From an uncultured Gammaproteobacteria bacterium (GTDB lineage: Bacteria > Patescibacteriota > Patescibacteriia > SG8-24), in contig CAZBFO010000002.1 of the NCBI GenBank assembly GCA_964491475.1, forward strand, positions 144,501-208,500: 64,000 bases of DNA, given 5' to 3'. The notes beneath the pieces are model-generated. The model had not been told where the DNA came from. It was given only the letters and a program-made list of their open reading frames with translations, and ran no database searches. How positions within the stretch are numbered: position 1 is the first letter of the stretch; each line of letters starts with the position of its first letter. This document shows, in pieces, positions 8,597-16,313 of this stretch. A program made the translations under genes and the position numbers.

Positions 8597-10507
8597 ATGG
8601 CATTCACCCCCGGACAATTCGCTCCCGGCACCGGTCCGACGCCGCAACAGCAGCGGAAGGCGGCTGCGGCGCCGACGAAGAAGGCGCAGGAATCCGAGCA
8701 GATCGCCAAGGAGAGGGAAGTGCTCGAAGAGGAGCGCATCTACCGCCGCGGCGTCATCTCCATCAAGGACGTCATCGCGCCGGCCGGCATGAAGATCGAG
8801 CCGACGTACCTGGTGCTCAACGAGACCTTCGTTCGCACCATCTTCGTCGTGACTTATCCGCGTTACATCTCTCTGGGATGGTTTGCTCCCATCGTGAACA
8901 TGAACCACCCGCTCGACGTGGCGATGTTCTTCTATCCGGTGAAGCCGGAAGTCATTCTCAAGCAGCTCAAGAAGAAGGTCGGTACGCTCGAAGCGCAGAT
9001 CATGTCGGACTCGGAGAAAGGCGCGCCCCGCGACCCCATCCGCGAAACCGCCCTCCGCGACATCGAAGAATTGCGTGACTCGCTTTCGCAGGGAACCGAG
9101 CACTTTTTCCAGTTCGCGCTCTACGTCACCGTCTACGCCAAGGACAAGAAGGAGCTCGACAAGCAGACCGAGGACGTCGAAGCGCTCTTCGGCGGCAAGC
9201 TCATCTATACCAAGCGCGTCTTCTATCAGTCGGAGCAAGGCTTCAACTCGACCATGCCGCAGGGCAACGACGAGCTGATGATCACCTTCAACATGAACTC
9301 GTCGCCGGTGGCGTCGTCGTTCCCGTTCATCTCGGCCGACCTGACCACCGACAACGGCATCCTTTTCGGCGTCAACCGCCACAACAACAGCCTGGTCCTG
9401 TTCGACCGCTTCTCGATGCAGAATGCCAACTACATCGTGTTCGCCACTTCCGGCGCAGGCAAGTCGTACTGCGTCAAGCTCGAGATTCTGCGATCGCTGA
9501 TGGTCGGCACCGAGGTCATCGTCATCGACCCGGAAATGGAATACAAGCACCTGTCCGACGCGGTCGGCGGCACCTACATCAACCTGTCGCTGGCTTCCGA
9601 CGCCAAGATCAACCCGTTCGACTTGCCGCGCGCGGTCGGCGAGCAGATCACCACCGAGGACATCATCCGCAGCGCCGTCATCACCGTGAAGGGCCTTTTG
9701 CGCATCATGTTGGGCGGCAACGTCTCGCCGCAGGACGACTCCACCCTCGACCGCGCCCTGCTCGAAACCTACGCCAAGAAAGACATCACCCCCGACGCCG
9801 ACCTGGCCAAAGTGGAACCGCCGATCATGCAGGACTTCGTGGAAGTGCTCGAGGGCATGGAAGGCACCAAGGACATCGTCATCCGCCTCAAGAAGTTCAC
9901 CGAGGGCACCTTCGCCGGCCTGTTCAACTCGCCGACGACCATCACCATGCGCAACGTGCTGGTGACCTTCTCGGTCCGCGACCTCGAGGACGAACTGCGC
10001 CCGCTGGCCATCTACGCCATCGTCAACTACATCTGGAACGTCGTCCGCTCGGAGCGCAAGAAGCGCATCCTGGTCATCGACGAAGCCTGGTGGCTCATGC
10101 AGAACGAGGACTCCGCCAAGTTCATCTTCGCGCTGGTCAAGCGCTGCCGCAAATACTACCTGGGCGTCACCACCATCACGCAGGACGTCAACGACTTCCT
10201 CCGCAGCCCTTATGGCCAGGCCATCGTCACCAACTCGGCCATGCAGATGCTGCTCAAGCAGTCGCCGGCGGCCGTCGACAACATTGCCAAGACCTTCCTG
10301 CTGACGGAAGGGGAGAAGTTCCTGCTCTTGGAGTGCGGCGTCGGCGAAGGCATCTTCTTCGCCGGCAACAAGCATGCGGCCATCAAGGTCGTGGCCTCGT
10401 ACGCCGAAGACCAGGTCGTGACCACGAACCCGCAGCAGCTGCTCGAGATCGAGCAGGCCAAGAAGGATTTCCAGAAGGCCCAGGAAGAGGAGGCCAACAA
10501 GAAGTAG
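8597..10507 (+). CDS. virB4: VirB4/TrbE/CagE-family T4SS ATPase
   Basis: Middle-domain signature TYLVLNETFVRTIFVVTYPRYISLGWFAPIV. Walker A is FATSGAGKSY and Walker B/DEAW box is RILVIDEAWWLM. The C-terminal region reads TTITQDVNDF. Confidence 0.85.
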   Translation: MAFTPGQFAPGTGPTPQQQRKAAAAPTKKAQESEQIAKEREVLEEERIYRRGVISIKDVIAPAGMKIEPTYLVLNETFVRTIFVVTYPRYISLGWFAPIVNMNHPLDVAMFFYPVKPEVILKQLKKKVGTLEAQIMSDSEKGAPRDPIRETALRDIEELRDSLSQGTEHFFQFALYVTVYAKDKKELDKQTEDVEALFGGKLIYTKRVFYQSEQGFNSTMPQGNDELMITFNMNSSPVASSFPFISADLTTDNGILFGVNRHNNSLVLFDRFSMQNANYIVFATSGAGKSYCVKLEILRSLMVGTEVIVIDPEMEYKHLSDAVGGTYINLSLASDAKINPFDLPRAVGEQITTEDIIRSAVITVKGLLRIMLGGNVSPQDDSTLDRALLETYAKKDITPDADLAKVEPPIMQDFVEVLEGMEGTKDIVIRLKKFTEGTFAGLFNSPTTITMRNVLVTFSVRDLEDELRPLAIYAIVNYIWNVVRSERKKRILVIDEAWWLMQNEDSAKFIFALVKRCRKYYLGVTTITQDVNDFLRSPYGQAIVTNSAMQMLLKQSPAAVDNIAKTFLLTEGEKFLLLECGVGEGIFFAGNKHAAIKVVASYAEDQVVTTNPQQLLEIEQAKKDFQKAQEEEANKK

Positions 10508-10510
10508 CCT

Positions 10511-11131
10511 ATGCAGCGCCGCACCAAGATCATCATCGCCGTCATCGTCCTCGTCTTGCTCGCGCTGATCGCGATGCTGTTCCTGCTGAAGCCTCCGGCG
10601 GCCGCTCCGGCCCCCAAGCCGACGCCCGCGCCTGCGGCCAACGTCAACGTGAACAGGCCGACGACGCAGAACACCAACAACCGGCCCGCAGGTAACGTCA
10701 ACGTCGCGGTCAGCACCAACGCGCCGCCACCCGCGCCGGCCGACGACAAGACCGGTCTCAAGAACACCGCGCGTTCGTTTGCCGAGCTGTTCGGCAGCTC
10801 CTCGACCGAAGGCAATTATCAGAACATCGTCGACGCCGAGTACTACATGACGGCCTCGGTTAAGGCCTGGGCGGAACAGTACGTCGCCGAGCAACGCGCC
10901 AAGCCGAAGACCGGCGAGTTTTCCGGCACTACCACCCGTGCCATCTTCGAACCTGACGTGCTGGCGTATGACAAGGACGCAGGCACGGCGACGGTCGTGG
11001 TGAAGACCCGCCGCATCGAGACCGGCGCCACCATCGGCGCGCAGAACGTGTACTACCAGGACCTGACCCTGAACTTCGTGAAGGCGGGGGAGGCCTGGAA
11101 GGTGAACCGCTTCACTTGGGGAGACAAGTAA
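10511..11131 (+). CDS. membrane-anchored protein with Pro-rich linker and about 120-aa C-terminal domain (VirB8-like candidate)
   Basis: N-terminal TM helix (IIIAVIVLVLLALIAMLFLL), then a PAAAPAPKPTPAPA linker, then a globular domain ending EAWKVNRFTWGD. Its position directly after VirB4, together with this architecture, fits VirB8/ConB-like bitopic components. No sequence-level proof. Confidence 0.4.
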   Translation: MQRRTKIIIAVIVLVLLALIAMLFLLKPPAAAPAPKPTPAPAANVNVNRPTTQNTNNRPAGNVNVAVSTNAPPPAPADDKTGLKNTARSFAELFGSSSTEGNYQNIVDAEYYMTASVKAWAEQYVAEQRAKPKTGEFSGTTTRAIFEPDVLAYDKDAGTATVVVKTRRIETGATIGAQNVYYQDLTLNFVKAGEAWKVNRFTWGDK

Positions 11132-11150
11132 AAGGAAATCTGCACGTGAG

Positions 11151-11177
11151 GCGAGCCCGCGAGGCTCGCTTTCGGTT
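11151..11177 (+). terminator. weak hairpin/attenuator between T4SS operon and comFC
   Basis: gcgagcc-cgcga-ggctcgc followed by tttcggtt. Confidence 0.3.
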
Positions 11178-11210
11178 CTCCGCCAGCCGATTTGCGCCGC
11201 TTCGTCCGAC

Positions 11211-11918
11211 GTGGTAAGCGGACCCCGTATGCCGATGCCTTCGCTTCGGGTCGCCGCCGAACTGGCCTGCAGGGTCGTCTTTCCGCACTTTTGCGTGGGC
11301 TGCAAAGAGGAAGGGCAGGTGCTTTGCGCTGACTGCGATCTGGAGTTGCGCGTCTTGGGGAGCGGCAGCTTCGGCTTACCGCCGAAGGGAGACGGCCGCT
11401 ATGCCATCGACTCCCTTGCCAGCGCGCTGCCGTACGCGGAGCCGGTGCCGCGCACCTTGCTGCAACAGTACAAGTACGAGCGCGTAGAGGAGGCTGGCGC
11501 GGCGGTCGTCGAGGCGTTCGGACGTTTCGTGCGATGGAACGAAGAACGTTTCTGCGCCATGGCCGAAGGCGCGGTCGTGCTGCCAGTGCCCATGCATCCG
11601 TGGAAGCAGGCGTGGCGCGGCTTCAATCAGGCCGAGACGCTTGCCGCCGTCTTTGCCGTAAACACCGGCTCGCGAGCGGCGAGAGGCGTCCTTTGCCGGC
11701 GCTTCGGACTGAAGGCGCAGGCCCAACTGCGGGATCGCGACATGCGAAGCGCCAACGCCTCGGGAAGCGTGCGGGTCGCGCGAAAGTTTCCCGCCGGAAC
11801 CCGCTTCATTTTGGTCGACGACGTCTTTACGACGGGAGCGACGCTTGACGCCTGCGCGGACGCGCTCAAGCGCGCCGGAGCCGGGGAGGTCCATGCCGTC
11901 ACGTTCCTGAAAGGATAA
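11211..11918 (+). CDS. comFC: ComF-family competence protein (ComFC, phosphoribosyltransferase domain)
   Basis: N-terminal zinc-finger cysteines (CVGCKEEGQVLCADCDLEL). The C-terminal PRTase motif is FILVDDVFTTGATLDACADALKRAGA. Confidence 0.8.
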   Translation: MVSGPRMPMPSLRVAAELACRVVFPHFCVGCKEEGQVLCADCDLELRVLGSGSFGLPPKGDGRYAIDSLASALPYAEPVPRTLLQQYKYERVEEAGAAVVEAFGRFVRWNEERFCAMAEGAVVLPVPMHPWKQAWRGFNQAETLAAVFAVNTGSRAARGVLCRRFGLKAQAQLRDRDMRSANASGSVRVARKFPAGTRFILVDDVFTTGATLDACADALKRAGAGEVHAVTFLKG

Positions 11919-11958
11919 AAAAAGCGAGCCGGACACTTGCGTGCCGCGCTCGCGGAAG

Positions 11959-12438
11959 TCATTGGCGGTATTCCTGCAGCACCTTGACGAAGGGATACTT
12001 CTTGGCGCTGTAGCCGTAGCCGCGGAGAAGATCTCTGGTACCGCGGTACTCCTCGTCGTAGCCCCAGTTGAAGGAGACCCGATTGGCCCACCAGTAATAG
12101 TAGAACCCTTCGGTGGTCACGAACTCCCTGTACTCGGTCGGAACGAACTGCACCAGTTTGCAGTCGTAGCCCCGTCCGGCCGAAGTGACGCAGACGCGCA
12201 TCGGGCGGGTGTCGACCTTGGCGACCTCCACCCATGGGGCCGAGACGTTCCAGCCGGGCGTGTCGAGCTTGATCTCGCCGCTGAACACGTCGCGCATGAT
12301 GCCGACGTGCCCGTAGTCGGTGTAATGGACGAAGGCCAGCCAAAACAGGGTGATGACTGACATCGTCGTGACGGCTGCGATCCGGCGCGGCGTTCCGACG
12401 AGACGTTTCGCGGCCTTGAGCGCCGACGTCCGGTTCAT
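11959..12438 (-). CDS. small membrane-anchored protein, paralogue A
   Basis: MNRTSALK start. TM helix VTTMSVITLFWLAFV, then a beta-rich domain with RPMRVCVTSAGRGYDCKLVQFVP. It is a paralogue of the upstream gene. The ATGA start/stop overlap indicates translational coupling. Confidence 0.5.
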   Translation of the reverse strand: MNRTSALKAAKRLVGTPRRIAAVTTMSVITLFWLAFVHYTDYGHVGIMRDVFSGEIKLDTPGWNVSAPWVEVAKVDTRPMRVCVTSAGRGYDCKLVQFVPTEYREFVTTEGFYYYWWANRVSFNWGYDEEYRGTRDLLRGYGYSAKKYPFVKVLQEYRQ

Positions 12439-12926
12439 TTCCGCGTGTCGTCCGCGCCGTTTTCCGGCTTCAGCTCGCGGATCACGGTCATGAAGGGATA
12501 CTCCTTGCCAGAGCCGTCGAAGGCGTAGCTGGTGAGTATCTGGGTGAGGTTGCCTCCGTACGCGTGGCCGTTGCTGTCGACGGATGAACCGCCTTTGTAA
12601 TCGCCGTTGCCGTGCCAGCTGAGGAACGTGTCGAGCCCTTGCGGGTTGAACTTCACAAGCTTGCAGTTGAGCACGCGCGAGTTGGCGTTGATGCACACCT
12701 GCATCGGGCGGAGGTCGACCGTGTAGACCTTCACCAGGATGGGCGACGTCACCACGTAACCCGGGTGAGTCAGCACGGTCACCCGTCCGGTTCTGGAGTC
12801 GAACACGTAGCCGAGCTCGTAGTTCTCGACGTGGTTGACCCAGCCGATCCGGAAGACGAGAAGTCCGAAAAGTCCGAGGAGGAACGTTCCCAGCAGGGCC
12901 GCGCCTGCCTTTTCCAATCGGTTCAT
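12435..12926 (-). CDS. small membrane-anchored protein, paralogue B
   Basis: TM helix ALLGTFLLGLFGLLVF, then a domain with RPMQVCINANSRVLNCKLVKFNP. It shares the RPM(Q/R)VC...CKLV(K/Q)F core with paralogue A. Confidence 0.55.
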   Translation of the reverse strand: MNRLEKAGAALLGTFLLGLFGLLVFRIGWVNHVENYELGYVFDSRTGRVTVLTHPGYVVTSPILVKVYTVDLRPMQVCINANSRVLNCKLVKFNPQGLDTFLSWHGNGDYKGGSSVDSNGHAYGGNLTQILTSYAFDGSGKEYPFMTVIRELKPENGADDTRK

Positions 12927-13054
12927 GTTTTGCCTTTTTTTGTCCTGCAGAACGCCGCAGTTTCTTGCGGCCGAAATGAGCGTATGCTCGCTGTTTCCTT
13001 AGCAGAGGCACGGGCCATTGTCAATCAGCGCCGCTTTGCTACAATCGGCTGACC

Positions 13055-13558
13055 ATGCATAAAAACGTCAAGCAGTTCTTTTTGGACGCGCGGCCCATTC
13101 TCGACGCGCTGGACCAGTGGGCCGGGGCCTACGGGCCTGCCGTGGTCGCCGACCACGTCTGCTACAAGTGCGGCAGCCGTCAGGAGTTCGAGGCGCTCCG
13201 CCGCCTTTTCGAGGACGAGAGCGCTTACGTCTACCAGTCGATCATTTCCGGCCGGCGGATCGCCGTCATCAAGTTCAGGCGTCCCCTCAAGACGCTGCTC
13301 GGCGACATCTGGTTCCTGGAGCTTTCCGACCAGAAGCCCGACGGCAGCCAGGAGAGCGGCTTCGATCACGTCGAGGCCTACCCGGTCGCCGGAACCGTCG
13401 AAGAGACGGTCAACGTGCTGCGGGCAAAAGGTTTCGGCTTTGATCGGACCGTCCGCCCGCATCACACCACCTACGACGCCGCGCTCGGCAAGGCGTACAA
13501 GATACGCCTGGAACCGGAGCGGCTGGTCCAGAAGATCAAGAACGACGAAATGCACTGA
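13055..13558 (+). CDS. YecM-like VOC-superfamily protein
   Basis: ADHVCYKCGSRQEFEALRRLFE...ISGRRIAVIKF...FLELSDQKPDGSQESGFDHVEAY parallels E. coli YecM (ADHISLRC...RRGFE...INGRPICLFKL...ELPWP...EGWEHIEI). Confidence 0.55.
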   Translation: MHKNVKQFFLDARPILDALDQWAGAYGPAVVADHVCYKCGSRQEFEALRRLFEDESAYVYQSIISGRRIAVIKFRRPLKTLLGDIWFLELSDQKPDGSQESGFDHVEAYPVAGTVEETVNVLRAKGFGFDRTVRPHHTTYDAALGKAYKIRLEPERLVQKIKNDEMH

Positions 13559-13562
13559 CACG

Positions 13563-13586
13563 CACGGCCTTCGGGCCGTGTTTTTT
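13563..13586 (+). terminator. rho-independent terminator
   Basis: cacggcc-ttcg-ggccgtg followed by tttttt. Confidence 0.75.
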
Positions 13587-13590
13587 GCAT

Positions 13591-13619
13591 GAAAAAGCGA
13601 AGCCCGTGCAGGGCTTCGC
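13591..13619 (-). terminator. rho-independent terminator for the minus-strand gene
   Basis: On the minus strand this reads gcgaagccc-tgcac-gggcttcgc followed by ttttt. Confidence 0.65.
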
Positions 13620-13623
13620 GCAT

Positions 13624-14205
13624 TCAGGTCTTGGCGAAGAAGTGGTGGTCGAGCTCGGGGCCCCAACGGCACTGCTGGCTTAGTTTCCCGGATTCCGGTT
13701 CGCTCACGGGCGGTACGAACGGTTTTCGTTCGCTCCAGGCCGCTTGCACCGTGGCGCCGATGTGGCCGTTGTAAGTGGCACCGTTCGCGCTGCTTGCGGA
13801 GATGACGCCGACTTCGGGGAAGGCGTCGTCCTGTCCGCAAAGCGCGGCGGCGAGGGCTGCCGCGTGGCAGCAGTCGTTGACGACGAGCGTCGGACCTTTC
13901 CGGCACAGGCCCAAAGCGTCGACGAGCCTGGCATACGGCAGCTCCAGCCAGGTGTCGGCGTCATGCTTGCCGTACGCCCAACCGTCCTCGGAGCCGTGTC
14001 CGATGTAGACGATCAGCAGCGGTTGCCGTCCCGCCAGGTAGCCCTGGTTGGCAATCAGGCCCAAGAGAAGGGAATCCGTCTTGTTCCAGGCGGATATCTG
14101 CTTCACCAGCTTGATGCCGGCGCGCACGTGGAGAAAGTATTCGAACGATTGCGCCTCTTCATGCGCCTGCAGTTCGTGACCCACGACGATGACTGCTCGT
14201 GACAT
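13624..14205 (-). CDS. clan CD (caspase/legumain-like) cysteine peptidase-domain protein
   Basis: An ordered His-Gly ... Asp-x-Cys pair (LLIVYIGHGSEDGW and TLVVNDCCHAAALAA) sits after a small beta-alpha core. This is typical of the C13/C14 catalytic dyad. There is no signal peptide. Confidence 0.4.
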   Translation of the reverse strand: MSRAVIVVGHELQAHEEAQSFEYFLHVRAGIKLVKQISAWNKTDSLLLGLIANQGYLAGRQPLLIVYIGHGSEDGWAYGKHDADTWLELPYARLVDALGLCRKGPTLVVNDCCHAAALAAALCGQDDAFPEVGVISASSANGATYNGHIGATVQAAWSERKPFVPPVSEPESGKLSQQCRWGPELDHHFFAKT

Positions 14206-14294
14206 GCGTTACTCCTCGTTGCCATATGTAGCCCAAAAAGGCGTTTCAGTCAATACGCAAGGATCTCACGCGATGGCGCGAGGTCCGTGCCCGT

Positions 14295-14546
14295 TTAACG
14301 ATGTTTGCACCCGACCCAGCAGCACGGCCGGCGCCTGCCCTCGATGATTTCCGTCCAAGTCCTTTTGATTCGGTGCGCCCGCGTTTCTTCTTTTTTGGCG
14401 TCCTCGATCCAGCAGATGAATTCGTTGCGGGCGAGGGGAGTGATGTCCTCCCAGGCGGCCCTTGCTTTCGGAGATGCCAAGAGCGCCTCCCGCAGGTCCG
14501 GGGGGAGCTTGTGGACGACGCCTGCGGAGATTCTTTGCGTCTGCAT
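14295..14546 (-). CDS. YdeI/OmdA-domain protein
   Basis: PPDLREALLASPKARAAWEDITPLARNEFICWIEDAKKEETRAHRI matches the YdeI/OmpD-associated (DUF1801-like) C-terminal motif. Confidence 0.55.
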   Translation of the reverse strand: MQTQRISAGVVHKLPPDLREALLASPKARAAWEDITPLARNEFICWIEDAKKEETRAHRIKRTWTEIIEGRRRPCCWVGCKHR

Positions 14547-14577
14547 ACCTGCGTCAGCTTCGCCAAGGTCGCCGCGA

Positions 14578-15660
14578 TTATTTTTTTATGAACTTGATGC
14601 CGAATTTTTTCGTCAGCGCCTGCTGCACGCTGTCGTTGTCCGGATTCCTGTCCGGTCCGACGAATTCGGCGAGGGCTTTCTTCTGCAGGCCGATGACCGC
14701 GGTGCACATTTCCTGATACTCCATGGTTTCCAGTCGGCCTCGCAGGTTTTCGGCTTCCTCCGTGATGGCTCCGTTGCCGACCAGTTCCGCCAGCAGCTTC
14801 GCCGTCGCGACCATGTCTTCCGCCGCGCGCGGATTCCGGCTCTTTTGCTGCATGAACGTCTTGGCGTTTTCCTGAACGACCCTGCTCATGTCCGAAACGA
14901 CGTTCGTCTGCCTGTCGATGACGATGGCACGCAGCTCGCCGGGCATGATGACGTTGGCGCCGAGAACTTCATCCTGATATGCCGTCGGATTACCCACCTT
15001 GTATTCTTCTCCCACGACCTGGCTCTTTATGCCGTGGCCGTAGCCGGTCGTAGGGTCCCTCTCGGCGTCGGTCGCGCCGAACGTCTTGATGTCAGGATTG
15101 ATCAGGTACATGACGTTGCCGGGCGGGGTGAACGTCTGTTCCGCGTATTTCGAAAGGGAGATGCTGTCGGCCTCCTGATAGCTGCCGCCCTGTTTAGTAC
15201 GCAGGCCGTTCATCTGTCGTGCCAATTTCTCGGCATCGGGATGGTCCTTACGCAGGGCATCGAACCTGTTTTTGAAGTTGTTGCTCTGTATGCCGAAACG
15301 GAGAATCTGAAAAACGTTGCCCGCCTTCGAGTAGTGCATCAGCGGCTGCTCGCGCTTGGCATCTTCCAGCGAATACTCCGGGCGCTCGGCGTTCGTCTTT
15401 TTCAGCTCCTCGAGCGCCTGCCTCGTGGTGGTGATTTCGGGCGCGGCAGGTCCCATCTCGAGCTGCTCTCGCAGCGCAGACACCTTTTCCTGCTCGTCGA
15501 CGAACCTGTCGACACGTTCGAGCATCAATCTGCGCGCTTCCCGGTATTCTTCCGTGGTTTTCGCCCGATGCAAAATCTCGCGCCGCTTTTCCTTGTCGGG
15601 CTCATTCCTGACGTCTTTCGCGAGTTCGTCGCGGTAGTGCCGCGATTCGGATTCGTTCAT
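14578..15660 (-). CDS. hypothetical protein (360 aa) in lower-GC islet
   Basis: Long ORF with coherent codon usage and no recognisable motif. GC is visibly lower than the surrounding sequence. Confidence 0.45.
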   Translation of the reverse strand: MNESESRHYRDELAKDVRNEPDKEKRREILHRAKTTEEYREARRLMLERVDRFVDEQEKVSALREQLEMGPAAPEITTTRQALEELKKTNAERPEYSLEDAKREQPLMHYSKAGNVFQILRFGIQSNNFKNRFDALRKDHPDAEKLARQMNGLRTKQGGSYQEADSISLSKYAEQTFTPPGNVMYLINPDIKTFGATDAERDPTTGYGHGIKSQVVGEEYKVGNPTAYQDEVLGANVIMPGELRAIVIDRQTNVVSDMSRVVQENAKTFMQQKSRNPRAAEDMVATAKLLAELVGNGAITEEAENLRGRLETMEYQEMCTAVIGLQKKALAEFVGPDRNPDNDSVQQALTKKFGIKFIKK

Positions 15661-15743
15661 AACCGGCGCTGTGAGGTAGTTCAGTATCCCAGACTGCTGT
15701 ACATGTTAGGGCTTTTTCAGGAAGTCCCCGAAATTTTCCGTTC

Positions 15744-16184
15744 TTATTGTGCAGGCGCAGCATCTTTTGGGTCAAACTCCACCGTCCATTCGATGCCGTA
15801 CTTGTCCCTGAACATGGCAAATGAGGTGCCCCAAGGGCTTTCATCCAATGGCATTTCAACGGTGCCTCCTTCCGAAAGACCCCTGAAGAGCTTATCGGCT
15901 TCTTCCTTCGTTTCGGCGATGATCGCTATCTTGGACCTGTTTTCGTTCTCGTTCACTCGCCCCATGCTTTCCGGAACGTCATTGGCAATCAAGACGTTTT
16001 TGCCGATAGGCAAGGCGATGCGCATGATCTTATTCGCCTCGTTCTCCGGTACCTGAAATTCGGGGCTTGAGAGGTCCTTGAAACGAAGGATCTTGGTAAA
16101 CTCTCCGCCAAATACCGATTTGTAGAAAGTAAATGCCTCTTCGGCATTTCCATTGAAGTTGATGTAGGGATTGATCGTTGCCAT
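15744..16184 (-). CDS. VOC-family protein (PhnB-like, 3-demethylubiquinone-9 3-methyltransferase-domain type)
   Basis: MATINPYINFNGNAEEAFTFYKSVFGGEF at the N-terminus, and WGTSFAMFRDKYGIEW near the C-terminus, are typical of PhnB-like VOC proteins. Confidence 0.7.
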   Translation of the reverse strand: MATINPYINFNGNAEEAFTFYKSVFGGEFTKILRFKDLSSPEFQVPENEANKIMRIALPIGKNVLIANDVPESMGRVNENENRSKIAIIAETKEEADKLFRGLSEGGTVEMPLDESPWGTSFAMFRDKYGIEWTVEFDPKDAAPAQ

Positions 16185-16313
16185 AGCGGGTTGCGGTTTC
16201 TGCCATTATCTACAAAGAAAATCCTAACTATTTCGACATTCCGGCGTTCGCTCGAAAGGTTTACTGATTGGCCGCCGTACTCCGTTACAGTCCGCCGTAT
16301 ATCGCACGGCGGA

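Noticed and set aside
8585-8600. Possible programmed -1 frameshift site joining the two VirB4 ORFs
   Set aside because: I could not identify a convincing slippery heptamer or downstream structure by eye. It is reported as a split gene with the frameshift as an open alternative.
179-11305. Long antisense ORFs opposite real genes (179-1813, 1954-3873, 4935-7901 and 8588-11305, all minus strand), some of 600-990 aa
   Set aside because: This is typical of a 65% GC genome with few stop codons on the opposite strand. Their products are Arg/Gly/Asp/His-rich with no motifs. The sense strand has clear homologues, including VirB4.
12439-13011. N-terminal extension of ORF 11959-13011, which is Arg-rich and overlaps the paralogue B gene out of frame
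   Set aside because: It has the composition of an off-frame read-through. A clean ATG with an ATGA overlap at 12438 gives a 159-aa protein that is paralogous to its neighbour.
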